A DNA stretch of 64,000 nucleotides from an uncultured Gammaproteobacteria bacterium (GTDB lineage: Bacteria > Pseudomonadota > Gammaproteobacteria > JAURND01): assembly GCA_963714975.1 (NCBI GenBank), contig CAVQQD010000003.1:160001-224000 (forward strand), in the 5' to 3' direction. The notes below the pieces were generated by a model. That model did not search any database. It worked only from the letters and a program-made list of their open reading frames with translations, and was not told the DNA's origin. Positions 1 to 10,332 of the stretch are shown piece after piece. The translations under genes were made by a program, and so were the position numbers. Position 1 is the stretch's first letter; every line of letters begins with the position of its first letter.

Positions 1-2750
1 CCTATAATCCCCAACATATTGAAGCCCATTGGTATGCGCAGTGGGAAAGCTCCGGTTATTTTGTGCCGCAAGGTTCAGGGCGGCCATATTGCATCATGCT
101 GCCACCACCGAATGTCACCGGGACTTTACATATGGGTCATGGCTTTCAAGTCAGCTTAATGGATGCGCTAATTCGTTACCATCGCATGTGTGGTGACAAC
201 ACCTTTTGGCAAGCCGGTACTGATCATGCGGGTATCGCTACCCAAATGGTAGTGGAGCGGGAATTAACTAGGCGGGGCACGAACCGGCTCGCATTAGGCC
301 GCGATGCGTTTGTCGAAGCAGTTTGGCAATGGAAAGACCAGTCCGATAGCACCATTAAAACCCAACTACGGCGGATGGGCGCTTCGCTGGATTGGAGTCG
401 TGAGCGATTTAGTTTAGACCACGGGATCAGTCGGGCGGTGCAAAAGGTTTTTTTAGACCTGTACCAACAAGGTTTGATCTATCGAGGCAAGCGCCTAGTC
501 AATTGGGATCCAGCATTATTGACCGCTATTTCCGATCTCGAAGTGATTTCACAAGAAGAATCAGGATTTCTTTGGTATATGCGTTATCCGCTAAGTCAGA
601 GTACTGAATTTATCATTGTCGCAACCACTCGTCCCGAAACCCTGCTGGGAGATACAGCAGTAGCGGTGCATCCTGAAGATGAGCGCTTATCAACATCTCA
701 TCGGCAAGTTTATTCAACACCCGCTTACCGGCCGGCAAATCCCTATTATTGCCGATGATTATGTCGATCCTAGTTTTGGTACCGGCTGCGTCAAAATCAC
801 GCCTGCTCATGATTTTAATGATTATGCCATCGGCCAACGCCACGGTTTGGAACTCATTAATATTTTTACTCCTGATGCGCATCTGAATGAACATGTCCCC
901 AAAGCCTATCAGGGTCTAGATCGTGATACAGCCCGAGAGCGCGTGATTGAGGATCTCAAAGCACAAGGCTTGCTCGAAAAAGTGATGCCTCACAGTTTGC
1001 AAAGTCCACGCGGTGATCGCTCTGGCGTGGTGATTGAGCCGTACTTAACCAATCAGTGGTATATCAAAGCCAAACCGCTGGCAGAAGCAGCTATCGCCGC
1101 CGTGCAACGAGGTGAAATTCAATTTGTGCCTGAAAATTGGCGTAAAACCTATTTTCAGTGGCTCGAAAATATTGAAGATTGGTGTATTAGTCGCCAATTA
1201 TGGTGGGGCCATCGCATTCCCGCCTGGTACGACGAACAAGGCAATCCTTATGTCGGTGACAGTGAACCCAGTATTCGGCAACACTATTCATTTAGGTGCC
1301 GAAGTACACTCTGATTCAAGATCACGATGTCTTGGATACCTGGTTTTCAGCCAGTTTATGGCCTTTTGCTACTTTAGGTTGGCCAGAACAAACTGCGGAA
1401 TTGCCAACTTTTTATCCGACCCAAGTGTTAGTCACGGGGTTCGATATTTTATTTTTCTGGGTAGCGCGGATGGTGATGATGGGCCTTAAATTTACTGGCC
1501 AAGTGCCCTTTCAAACGGTCTATGTCACCGGTTTAATTCGCGACAGTGAAGGCCAAAAAATGTCGAAATCCAAGGGCAATATTTTGGATCCTATCGATCT
1601 TATTGATGGCATTGACCTAGATTCTCTCGTGACCAAACGCACTTCTGGGTTGATGCAACCTGAGCAAGCACAAAAAATTGAAAAATTAACCCGACGGGAA
1701 TTTCCCCACGGCATTCCTGCTTTTGGTACCGATGCGCTGCGTTTTACTTATTGTGCACTGGCCAACACCGGTCGCGATATTCGTTTTGATTTAGGTCGCA
1801 TCGAAGGCTATCGAAATTTTTGTAATAAATTATGGAATGCTGCTCGTTATGTGTTGATGAACACAGAACAACAGGCACAGGATGGGTTGAATGGCGACCG
1901 GGAATTTACTTTAGCCGATCGTTGGATTCAAACCCGGTTACAAACTACCATTCAGCAAGCACGGCATTATTTTCAAGAATTTCGCATGGATTTATTAGCA
2001 CAAACTTTATATGAATTTACTTGGAATGAATATTGTGATTGGTATCTTGAATTTTCAAAACCGGTATTAGTGGGCGCCAGTTCTCCTGCAATACAACGCG
2101 GCACTCGTTACACCTTAGTCCACGTATTGGAAACTTTATTGCGCTTATTACATCCCTTAATGCCGTTTATTACCGAAGAAATCTGGCAGCGCGTAGCGCC
2201 ACTGCTGAACAACAATGCCCCGACTATTATGTTGCAACCTTATCCTGAAGTTGCTACGGATAAAATAGATCAAGCTGCCGAAGAAGAAATCACCTGGATT
2301 AAAAAAATCGTGTTTAGTTTGCGGCAAATTCGCGGTGAAATGAATATTGCACCAAGTAAAGCATTAGATTTACTGTTACGCCATGACCAGCCCAGCGATC
2401 GCGAACGCTTTCAAAGCAATGAAGCTTGGTTAAAAACTTTAGCAAAATTAGCGAGTATTACTTGGTTAGCCGATGATGCGCCTGTGCCGCCTGCCGCTGC
2501 GGCGTTAGTAGAGCATTTAGAATTATTTATTCCTCTAGCAGGGAGCATTGACAAAGAGGCGGAAGTTACGCGTTGGCAAAAAGAAGCCACAAAATTCACA
2601 ACCGAATTAACTCGAATCCAAGATCGACTTAACAACCCCCGGTATTTAGAAAAAGCTCCCGGCGCAGTAGTGCAAAAAGAACGTTTGCGCGCCCAGGAAC
2701 TAGAAACAGCTTTGCTCAAATTAAAGCAGCAGCTTGAAAAATTGGCTTGA
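1..2750 (+). CDS. valS: Valine--tRNA ligase; 5' end lies just outside the window; split by three apparent 1-bp insertions (~688, ~1292, ~1307)
   Basis: [13 protein letters not shown] (HIGH), [20 protein letters not shown] and KMSKS motifs are spread over ORFs 63-758, 679-1314 and 1296-2750, with the frame advancing +1 three times. Confidence 0.95.
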
Positions 2751-2772
2751 TAGCTATACACCCTAATTAGGC

Positions 2773-2803
2773 AGCTAGCCGATGCACATAATTCGGTTAG
2801 CAA
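2773..2803. repeat. Degenerate terminal repeat of the AGCTATCCGATGCAC MITE family
   Basis: agctagccgatgcacataattcggttagcaa resembles the reverse complement of 16448-16477 and 17849-17878. Confidence 0.6.
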
Positions 2804-2988
2804 TTCCCGCTGAAACCCTGTTCCCCCGGGGGGGGGCGGGTCCTGCCGCTGCGGCACCCCACCAAAATCCCCCTATCCCCTTTTACAAAGGTGGGCACTT
2901 TCTTCCCCTCCCTTTGTAAAAGGGGATAGGGGGATTTCTGTTGGGGTCCCCGCCCGCCGGTCAAATGACGGAGCAGCGAGAATCACTG
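2798..2988. mobile_element. MITE-like element (CAGCAATTCYCGCTG-end family) with internal CCCCTTT/AAAGGGG hairpin; may also terminate valS
   Basis: Ends tagcaattcccgctgaa / cagcgagaatcactg; internal IR aatccccctatccccttttacaaagg...cctttgtaaaaggggatagggggatt; left half recurs at 18801-18900. Confidence 0.7.
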
Positions 2989-3042
2989 CTTTTTGTGTTG
3001 ATCCAATACCCTCATTTATGCTGCCAATGCTGATGAACGTCA

Positions 3043-3372
3043 TCATTTCCTGATACTATCCAAGGATTCTTTTAAGTGATGTTGAAACATCAGATTAATA
3101 AATTCTTCATCTTTAGAGTAATCCAAATCCTCATTCTCAATAGAGTAAAGATTCTGAAAAATTTTTTGATTATCAAACATAGAGCCAATCCAAGCACAAA
3201 CCAACACGCAAGGCGCGCATATCAACATAACACAAAAAATATTAACCTCTAGGTTGGGAATATTTATCCCATATTTAACTGCAATACCACTTCCCGCAGT
3301 ACCAATTGATCCCCCGATTAAGACTTCCTTATTATTTTTTAAATGATGATTGAAAAAATTTGAACCTGACAT
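3043..3372 (-). CDS. Small membrane hypothetical protein (copy 1)
   Basis: 109 aa with two hydrophobic segments; frame conserved in the paralog at 8981-9310. Confidence 0.6.
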   Translation of the reverse strand: MSGSNFFNHHLKNNKEVLIGGSIGTAGSGIAVKYGINIPNLEVNIFCVMLICAPCVLVCAWIGSMFDNQKIFQNLYSIENEDLDYSKDEEFINLMFQHHLKESLDSIRK

Positions 3373-3387
3373 CTGAATGTTCTCTTA

Positions 3388-3627
3388 TTAAAATTGTGAC
3401 TTGGTCATCGTTTTTGGAAGATCATTGTTTCGATATTCCAATATATCTCCTGGCTGACATTCTAAATAAGCACAAATTGCATCTAAAGTGCTCAACCGGA
3501 TGGCTTTAGCCTTTCCAGTTTTTAAAATAGATAAATTTTGCTCCGTGATGCCAATTGATTCCGCTAATTCTTTGGAACGAATTTTACGTTTAGCCATCAT
3601 TACATCGATGTTAATGATAATTGTCAT
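3388..3627 (-). CDS. Cro/C1-type HTH regulator (YozG-like)
   Basis: ELAESIGITEQNLSILKTGKAKAIRLSTLDAIC...CQPGDIL; usual partner of DUF2975. Confidence 0.9.
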   Translation of the reverse strand: MTIIINIDVMMAKRKIRSKELAESIGITEQNLSILKTGKAKAIRLSTLDAICAYLECQPGDILEYRNNDLPKTMTKSQF

Positions 3628-3634
3628 AGTTGTC

Positions 3635-4189
3635 CTATATCGTCAGTTTTTGTTCTTCCCGTAATCGGCATCCTTCGGCCATAATCCAGGAAATGAGGAT
3701 GATCAAAAACGCTGTGCATATCATTGCAAAATCTGCAGCTGTAAATGATATTACCGATACTCTTAAGCCTAGCCCGGGTGGGTTATGCCACGTTACCACT
3801 GCGGTCATAACCCCTTCCATAATGGGCTTTAATATTTGAGCGATTAGAAGTGCATAACCTGATTTTTTTAAATAGGTAACATTTTGCAAAGAAAAAATTT
3901 CACCCTGACTATAAAGCCGAAATAAACGAATTAAAAAATAGAAGAGAAATTCAATGGCAATAAAGGGAATGGCGCTTATGAGAAAGCCCCCAAGGCAAGT
4001 GATTAAATCTAGATGCAAGACTTGAACATTGGCTGGAATAGCTCGGATAATAAATCCGAAATCTGCGAGCAAAGGGATGGGCGCTGGGGCATGTAACCAA
4101 GCGAGGATATGTAAGATTGGCACACTAATAAATGCCAATATAAATAACCAGTAAAAACAAAGACTAACTTTTTTTATTTTAGGTGACAT
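3635..4189 (-). CDS. DUF2975 family membrane protein
   Basis: Four TM segments, GEIFS..NV..L motif, C-terminal EG..LREEQKLTI; upstream of a YozG-like HTH gene. Confidence 0.85.
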   Translation of the reverse strand: MSPKIKKVSLCFYWLFILAFISVPILHILAWLHAPAPIPLLADFGFIIRAIPANVQVLHLDLITCLGGFLISAIPFIAIEFLFYFLIRLFRLYSQGEIFSLQNVTYLKKSGYALLIAQILKPIMEGVMTAVVTWHNPPGLGLRVSVISFTAADFAMICTAFLIILISWIMAEGCRLREEQKLTI

Positions 4190-4363
4190 AGTGGCTCCAT
4201 GAGTGAAAGATTAATTGAAAGGCTAAAATATAATATAAATTATCGTTAGTCAATAATTATTTAATCTATTATAGCCAATTATTTTCGTTGGTCATTAGCC
4301 GGGTATGCAAATCTTTGATCAATCTTGCATGGATCAATAGTGACAAGCTTGTTCTTCTTAAGC

Positions 4364-4399
4364 TTGACAAGTTGTTCGAGCATTAATAAAATACTCGAA
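4364..4399 (+). promoter_or_regulatory. Sigma70 promoter for the gntR–monooxygenase operon with an overlapping putative operator
   Basis: TTGACA (4364) – 17 bp – TAAAAT (4387); inverted repeat ttcgag...ctcgaa spans the -10. Confidence 0.65.
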
Positions 4400-4428
4400 T
4401 ATTTTTATATTGTTCGATTATACTGAAT

Positions 4429-5109
4429 ATGACAGACGACAATACTTTAGCCACACAATGTTTTATAAAAATCAGGGAGCTAATTCTGAATGGCCAGCTA
4501 TTGCCTGGCGAAAAACTAAAAGGAGATCATTTAAAGCAGCAGTTAAACGTTGGTTTAAGCCCAATACGGGAAGCATTATCTAGGTTAGCAACTACAAATT
4601 TAGTTAAATTTGAAGATAAAAAAGGTTTTACTGTAGCAATTCTTACAGAATATGGGGTAAACGATGTTGTTAAAACATACGGCAAAATTGAGTGTTTGGC
4701 GCTGGAAAATGCTATAGAAACTGGTGATGACCAGTGGGAGGCGGGTATCGTTGCTGCCCTGTATGGATTATCAAAAGTTGAAACTAAGAATAAGGTTCCT
4801 TATGAAGAATGGGCGCCAAAAAATTCCGCTTTTCATAATAGTCTGGTATCCGCCTGTAATTCATTATGCCTACTGCGAATACGCAATGATTTACAACAGA
4901 TGAGTGAATGGTTCACTAAACTAAGTTATAGATTTGCGGATAGCCGCACAATATTAGCAAATCACCAAGAGCATAAAATAATTGCAGATGAAGTTATTGG
5001 GAAAAAACTACGTAGTGCCAGCAATAATTTGTATAACCATATTACTGGCGGAGTAAATGATTTGATTGCTCAACTTAAAAAGCATGGTTTAATACGAGAT
5101 GAAAAATGA
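4429..5109 (+). CDS. GntR (FadR/FCD) family transcriptional regulator
   Basis: N-terminal wHTH (ILNGQLLPGEKL...SPIREALSRL) and FCD-type FH..L...C / EH..I motifs. Confidence 0.9.
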   Translation: MTDDNTLATQCFIKIRELILNGQLLPGEKLKGDHLKQQLNVGLSPIREALSRLATTNLVKFEDKKGFTVAILTEYGVNDVVKTYGKIECLALENAIETGDDQWEAGIVAALYGLSKVETKNKVPYEEWAPKNSAFHNSLVSACNSLCLLRIRNDLQQMSEWFTKLSYRFADSRTILANHQEHKIIADEVIGKKLRSASNNLYNHITGGVNDLIAQLKKHGLIRDEK

Positions 5110-6317
5110 ATTCTGCTAGAAAAACTAAACCTGTTCTTATTTCTGGTGCTGGAGTAGCTGGGCTTGCACTGGCTTATTGGTTGCGTAGGTATGGTTTTTC
5201 CCCAACCCTAATCGAACGTTCTCCCAATTTGCGCACAGGGGGGTTTAAAATTGATGTACGAGGTGCAGCGGTTGAAGTTTTAAAGCGCATGGATATCTAT
5301 TCTGATGTTATTGCTTTGAAAACTGATATAAAAGAAGCGTTAATTGTAGATAGTGCTGGAAAATTAATTACTGACATGAATAGTGATATTTATGACATTC
5401 GTACCGGGGAAGATTTAGAAATTTTACGCGGTGATCTTTGTCATATTATCAGGAAACAAATTAATGATGTGGAATTTATTTTCGACGATGCAGTCAAAAC
5501 TATAGCACAAAAATCTGAGAATATTTATGTTGAGTTTCAACAAGCCAAACCGCGGATTTTTGATTTTGTTATTGGGGCGGATGGGTTACACTCCAATGTT
5601 CGGAAGCTGATATTTGGTGATGAATCGAATTTTTCCAGTGAGCTTGGTTTGTATATATCTATATTCAGTGTTCCAAATTATCTGAATCTTGATCGGAAAA
5701 TAATAGAATGTACTGAACCTGGAAAGCTCGCAATTCTTTATTGCTCAAAGGGCGATACAGCTGCAAAAGCTGCCTTTCTTTTTTCTTCAGAATGTTTGCA
5801 AATGGATTATGATGACACAATACGGCAAAAAGAATTGTTACGTTCGGTTTATGCAAATTTTGGTTGGGAAATTCCAAACATTTTAAAATCAATGGATGAG
5901 GCAAATGATTTTTACTTTGATTCTGTAACCCAAATTCATATGAATTCCTGGTCGAAGGATCGAGTTGCATTAATCGGTGATGCAGGATATTGCGCTTCAC
6001 CCGTATCAGGTCAGGGAACCAGTTTAGCATTGGTAGGGTCATATGTGCTTGCTGGAGAACTTGGATCTTCCAGTGATTATGAGCAAGCCTTCACTCAGTA
6101 TGAAAGAGAAATGCGACATTATGTCAAAAAAAATCAAAAATTTGGACGCATCTTTGCCAACGGTATGACAGGAAAAGACCAGAATCAAATCATGACTTCG
6201 TTGCAGGATAAGCTCATGCAAATTCTTCCGGGAGGCTGGGTGAATTTCATAACCGAACGACGAGTGAAACAAATCACGCGAGCAGCTAATGCTATTAAGC
6301 TTAAAAATTATGGTTGA
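5106..6317 (+). CDS. FAD-dependent monooxygenase resembling tetracycline destructases Tet(47)-Tet(56)
   Basis: GAGVAG, EILRGDL, GADGLHS, DFYFD, RVALIGDAGYCASPVSGQG motifs; ATGA overlap with gntR. Confidence 0.85.
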   Translation: MNSARKTKPVLISGAGVAGLALAYWLRRYGFSPTLIERSPNLRTGGFKIDVRGAAVEVLKRMDIYSDVIALKTDIKEALIVDSAGKLITDMNSDIYDIRTGEDLEILRGDLCHIIRKQINDVEFIFDDAVKTIAQKSENIYVEFQQAKPRIFDFVIGADGLHSNVRKLIFGDESNFSSELGLYISIFSVPNYLNLDRKIIECTEPGKLAILYCSKGDTAAKAAFLFSSECLQMDYDDTIRQKELLRSVYANFGWEIPNILKSMDEANDFYFDSVTQIHMNSWSKDRVALIGDAGYCASPVSGQGTSLALVGSYVLAGELGSSSDYEQAFTQYEREMRHYVKKNQKFGRIFANGMTGKDQNQIMTSLQDKLMQILPGGWVNFITERRVKQITRAANAIKLKNYG

Positions 6318-6436
6318 GTTTTTGCGGCATGGGTTCTTTTATTTTGTAGTTTGACCACTGTTTTAGATAAGTTTTGTTGTTGACCTTGGTCAACCCAAAG
6401 GCTAAACTTATAGCATCTGTATTCAGGATTTAAAAA

Positions 6437-6667
6437 ATGCGGCGAAAAAAACATCCTAATAAAGAAATTGAAGATGCTATTCAATATGCTGAACAACAAG
6501 GATGGAGATATAAAAAAGCAGGGGATTCAGCTCATGCTTGGGGAAGATTATTATGTCCTTTGCAAGACAGAAATGGTTGCAGCATGTCTATATGGTCAAC
6601 TCCACGAAATACAGATACTCATGCTAAACAAATTTACCGGCGTATTGATGTATGTCCACATACATAG
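6437..6667 (+). CDS. Putative HicA-like toxin
   Basis: 76-aa basic protein with GW..K....H.WG...CP and STP motifs, upstream of an HTH partner. Confidence 0.55.
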   Translation: MRRKKHPNKEIEDAIQYAEQQGWRYKKAGDSAHAWGRLLCPLQDRNGCSMSIWSTPRNTDTHAKQIYRRIDVCPHT

Positions 6668-6676
6668 GAGGAGGCA

Positions 6677-7243
6677 ATGAACCAGAGTCTTAAAGCTTAC
6701 CAATTTACTTTAGTCTTAAAAGATGTCGATGCGAACACTCCTAATCTTGAAGATAGTCTGTATGAAGCAGGTTGCGATGATGCCCTAATTAACTCAAGGG
6801 AAGGCGTGGTTTACCTGGATTTTAACAGGGAAGCTATTTCTTTAGAGGAAGCCGTTATGAGCGCCATTAAAGATGTTGAAACTTCTACTATTAAAGCTGT
6901 TGTTGCAAATCTTGCACCCGAAAATTTAGTAACAGAAACTGAAGTAGCGAAACGCCTTCATATAAAGCGCCAAGCTGTATCTTTGTGGATTAAAGGCCAA
7001 AGAAGAAATTCTATCCCATTTCCTAAACCTATTATGTGGTTATCTAATAAATCACCATTTTGGAAGTGGAGTGAAGTGACGAATTGGCTGTACCGTAATC
7101 AGTTAATCTCGGAAAAGGAAATTGTGACTAACGCCCTTTTTGTAGAGCATATGAACGCAGCACTAGAGGAACGTGACATAATCACTAGAAAATATCGACA
7201 TTCTTTGTTAAAAAAAATTGAGAATCTTGCTCGGCCTGGTTGA
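6677..7243 (+). CDS. Putative HicB-like antitoxin / HTH DNA-binding protein
   Basis: LYEAGCDDAL...F.REA.SLEEAV.SA domain plus HTH (EVAKRLHIKRQAVSLW); strong RBS ggaggagg. Confidence 0.65.
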   Translation: MNQSLKAYQFTLVLKDVDANTPNLEDSLYEAGCDDALINSREGVVYLDFNREAISLEEAVMSAIKDVETSTIKAVVANLAPENLVTETEVAKRLHIKRQAVSLWIKGQRRNSIPFPKPIMWLSNKSPFWKWSEVTNWLYRNQLISEKEIVTNALFVEHMNAALEERDIITRKYRHSLLKKIENLARPG

Positions 7244-7407
7244 GAAGTATAGCATGTGGATAGTAAAAGACTGCCAGTTGCTTAATGGAAGCCGTAAAAA
7301 TAGTCTTAAAAGAATTTGCTTTGCTGCTTGTTGCAAATGTTAAAAATTCAAGATATCAGAAATTCTGTGCATTTGCCTAGCATGGGTTCCACACCTCATG
7401 CCGATTT

Positions 7408-8175
7408 TCAAAAATCTTCTGGCATCTGATGGCTATAATCTCCGTTATCCTTTGCAACTGCTTTGGGATTTGACTTTAGTTTTTTAACAAAGTCATCCGC
7501 AAAACTATCTGTGGTGATATCTTCAAGGCCTTGTTCAATTCCATCGAAAATGCGGGCTGCTGCATTAGCGGGAGTCTCTTTCGTAAAATCCACATCATCA
7601 GCCATATCAGTATCAATCGGTCCAGGATAAATACCAAACACTGAAACGCCATGCTGCATTAATTCTGCTCTTACTGATTGAGTTAGGGAGTGAACCGCGG
7701 CTTTCGACGCTGAATAGGTGGCATACAAAGGAAAAGCAGCCAATCCCCCAATAGATATGATATTTGCTATGGCGGCATTTTGATTTTTAATGAGAGTTTT
7801 GCAAAAAGCGCGAGTGAGATTAAGTGGCCCAAAATAATTAACTTCGAGTTCTTGCCTTGCTGTTTGTTCATCATAGTTAAAGCAAACGCCGGAACATCCT
7901 GCAAATCCAGCATTGTTGATTAAAATTTGGGTATCACTGGCTGCTTGTACAACTTTGTATATTTCATCTTGATTAGTTACATCCAATTTTACCGGTACAA
8001 CAAGTCCTGGGTATTGAGAAGCTAGACTACCGAGTTGAGCAATATTTCTTGCTGTTGCGTAAACCTTTTTGGCGCCTCTTTTAATTGCTTCTTTTACTAA
8101 GGCGTGTCCTATACCTCTCTTACGATTAGCTCCTGTTATGAAAATAATTGAGTTTTTCACTACAATGTTTGACAT
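7408..8175 (-). CDS. Short-chain dehydrogenase/reductase
   Basis: TGANRKRGIG, LINNAG and YSASK motifs. Confidence 0.92.
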   Translation of the reverse strand: MSNIVVKNSIIFITGANRKRGIGHALVKEAIKRGAKKVYATARNIAQLGSLASQYPGLVVPVKLDVTNQDEIYKVVQAASDTQILINNAGFAGCSGVCFNYDEQTARQELEVNYFGPLNLTRAFCKTLIKNQNAAIANIISIGGLAAFPLYATYSASKAAVHSLTQSVRAELMQHGVSVFGIYPGPIDTDMADDVDFTKETPANAAARIFDGIEQGLEDITTDSFADDFVKKLKSNPKAVAKDNGDYSHQMPEDF

Positions 8176-8440
8176 TTTGTTTTCCTTTATGGATCAAGTA
8201 GGGTGATTCTTTTGATGAAGTGTCACCGTATTATATATCTAGAACGGGATACATAGTAAAGGCAACTTTTTTTAGTATTGTGAGTTAAACTCTCGTTGGG
8301 TATTGGATATTAAAGCAGTTCTGGTTATTATCCACCCGTCTCCTGTTTGACAAAAAATGTAAGATGTCATACAAATAGGAGAGTTTAATCCTAAATTTTA
8401 TCGTACGTTTAAATTGGTTTTAAAGAATGGAGATATATGT

Positions 8441-8692
8441 ATGCTGCTGCAACAAGTAAGACTTCGTGAAGCAAGTCAACACCTTTCTCATTATATTGAT
8501 GAAGTAGAGCAAGGAACCGAAATTATTATTACTAGGCGTGGTCAACCTGTGGCTCGGTTATTAACTATTGCCAAAAAACGTAAATTAACACACACGCAAC
8601 AGAAAACATGGGATAACTTGCTAAACAAATTGCGTAAGGGCTACTTCTTGGGTGAGGAAAAACTTAATCTAGAGCGCGCACATGAGCGTTGA
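8441..8692 (+). CDS. Phd/YefM antitoxin (copy 1)
   Basis: LREA..HLS.YIDEVEQG.EIIITRRGQPVARL. Confidence 0.85.
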   Translation: MLLQQVRLREASQHLSHYIDEVEQGTEIIITRRGQPVARLLTIAKKRKLTHTQQKTWDNLLNKLRKGYFLGEEKLNLERAHER

Positions 8693-8802
8693 GCGTATTA
8701 CATCGATACCAATATCCTCATTTACGCTGCCAATGCTACTGCGCATGATGCCGGTATTGCTCTCTTGCTCAGTGAAGATTTTCAGCATGGACAACTCATC
8801 AA
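8682..8802 (+). pseudogene. Internally deleted PIN/VapC toxin remnant
   Basis: 5' and 3' pieces of the intact gene at 13628-14068 are fused, then cut by the element starting at 8803. Confidence 0.8.
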
Positions 8803-8949
8803 CAGCAATTCTCGGCGAATCACCGCAGTCCCCGTCGTCCCTGCATGGATGCATGGATGCATGGAACAGGAAAGTTAAGGTTTCGTGCTTCTCATCAGCA
8901 TGGATCCCGCGGACAAGCCGCGGGACGACGTATTCGCCGAGAATTGCTG
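8803..8949. mobile_element. Composite MITE: 18-bp perfect TIRs enclosing a CGTC-type palindromic element (8833-8930)
   Basis: cagcaattctcggcgaat (8803-8820) / attcgccgagaattgctg (8932-8949); inner cgtcgtccc...tggatcccgcggacaagccgcgggacgacg. Confidence 0.8.
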
Positions 8950-8980
8950 GCATTTACGCTGCCAATGCTGATGAACGTCA

Positions 8981-9310
8981 TCATTTCCTGATACTATCTA
9001 AGGATTTTTTTAAATGGTGTTGAAACATCAGATTAATAAATTCTTCATCTTTTGAGTAATCCAAATCCTCATTCTCTATAGAGTAAAAATTCTGAGAAAT
9101 TTTCTGATTATCAAACATAGAACCAATCCAAGCACAAAACAGCACACAAGGCACGCATATCAACATAACACAAAAAATATTAACCTCTAGATTAGGAATA
9201 TTTATCCCATATTTAACTGCAATACCACTTCCCGCAGTACCAATGGTTCCCCCGATTAAGACTCCCTTATTATTTTTTAAATGATGATTGAAAAAATTTG
9301 AACCTGACAT
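8981..9310 (-). CDS. Small membrane hypothetical protein (copy 2)
   Basis: Paralog of 3043-3372. Confidence 0.6.
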   Translation of the reverse strand: MSGSNFFNHHLKNNKGVLIGGTIGTAGSGIAVKYGINIPNLEVNIFCVMLICVPCVLFCAWIGSMFDNQKISQNFYSIENEDLDYSKDEEFINLMFQHHLKKSLDSIRK

Positions 9311-9325
9311 TTAAATGCTCTCTTA

Positions 9326-9565
9326 TTAAAATTGTGACTTGGTCATCGTTTTTGGAAGATCATCATATCGATGTTCCAATATATCTCCTGGCTGACATTC
9401 TAAATAAGCACAAATTGCATCTAAAGTGCTCAACCGGATGGCTTTAGCCTTTCCGGTCTTTAAAATGGATAAATTTTGTTCTGTGATGCCAATTGATTCT
9501 GCCAATTCTTTGGAGCGAATTTTACGTTTAGCCATCATTACATCGATGTTAATGATAATTGTCAT
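9326..9565 (-). CDS. Cro/C1-type HTH regulator (copy 2)
   Basis: Paralog of 3388-3627. Confidence 0.9.
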   Translation of the reverse strand: MTIIINIDVMMAKRKIRSKELAESIGITEQNLSILKTGKAKAIRLSTLDAICAYLECQPGDILEHRYDDLPKTMTKSQF

Positions 9566-9572
9566 AGTTGTC

Positions 9573-10127
9573 CTATATTGTCAGTTTTTGTTCTTCCCGC
9601 AATCGGCACCCTTCGGCCATAATCCAGGAAATGAGGATGATCAAAAACGCTGTGCATATCATTGCAATATCTGCAGCTGTAAATGATATTACCGATACTC
9701 TTAAGCCTAGCCCGGGTGGGTTATGCCACGTTACCACTGTGGTCATAACCCCTTCCATAATGGGCTTTACTATTTGAGCGATTAGAAGTGCATAACCTGA
9801 TTTTTTTAAATAGGTAACATTTTGCAAAGAAAAAATTTCACCCTGACTATAAAGCCGAAATAAACGAATTAAAAAATAGAAGAGAAATTCAATGGCAATA
9901 AAGGGAATGGCGCTTATGAGAAAGCCCCAAAAGCGAGTGATTAAATCTAGGTGCAGCACTTGGACGTTGGCTGGGATAGCTCGGACAATAAACCCAAAAT
10001 CTGCAAGCAAAGGGACTGGCGCCGGAGTGTGTAACCAAGCGATGATATGTAAGATTGGCACGCTAATAAATGCCAATATAAATAACCAGTAAAAACAAAG
10101 ACTAACTTTTTTTATTTTAGGTGACAT
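9573..10127 (-). CDS. DUF2975 family membrane protein (copy 2)
   Basis: Paralog of 3635-4189. Confidence 0.85.
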   Translation of the reverse strand: MSPKIKKVSLCFYWLFILAFISVPILHIIAWLHTPAPVPLLADFGFIVRAIPANVQVLHLDLITRFWGFLISAIPFIAIEFLFYFLIRLFRLYSQGEIFSLQNVTYLKKSGYALLIAQIVKPIMEGVMTTVVTWHNPPGLGLRVSVISFTAADIAMICTAFLIILISWIMAEGCRLREEQKLTI

Positions 10128-10266
10128 AATGGCTCCATGGGTGAAAGATAAGTTGAAGGACTAAAATATAATATAAATTATCGTTAGTCAATAATTATTT
10201 AATCCATTATAACCAATTATTTTTGTGGTGAGCTATTTGATTGAGTTAACCGGCGAGGAATGGAAG

Positions 10267-10297
10267 TCATTGAAGTCGAAATTTTCGACTTCAATGA
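10267..10297. repeat. 31-bp perfect palindrome
   Basis: tcattgaagtcgaaa-t-tttcgacttcaatga. Confidence 0.85.
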
Positions 10298-10332
10298 AGA
10301 GGGAAAGATAAAGCTTCTGAAGGACGCTTACA

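Larger units (their letters stand above)
3013..4285. repeat. Copy 1 of a ~1.27 kb duplicated cassette (copy 2 at 8951-10223)
   Basis: Colinear at a constant offset of 5938 bp; the three proteins are nearly identical between copies. Confidence 0.95.
8951..10223. repeat. Copy 2 of the duplicated cassette
   Basis: Colinear with 3013-4285. Confidence 0.95.

Noticed and set aside
680-1312. valS frameshifts as programmed frameshifting or pseudogenisation
   Set aside because: Three single-base insertions in an essential gene near the window edge, with no slippery site; sequencing or consensus error is most likely. Read alignment would settle it
8669-9023. ORFs 8682-9023 and 8669-8953 as new proteins
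   Set aside because: Chimeras of vapC scraps and the MITE
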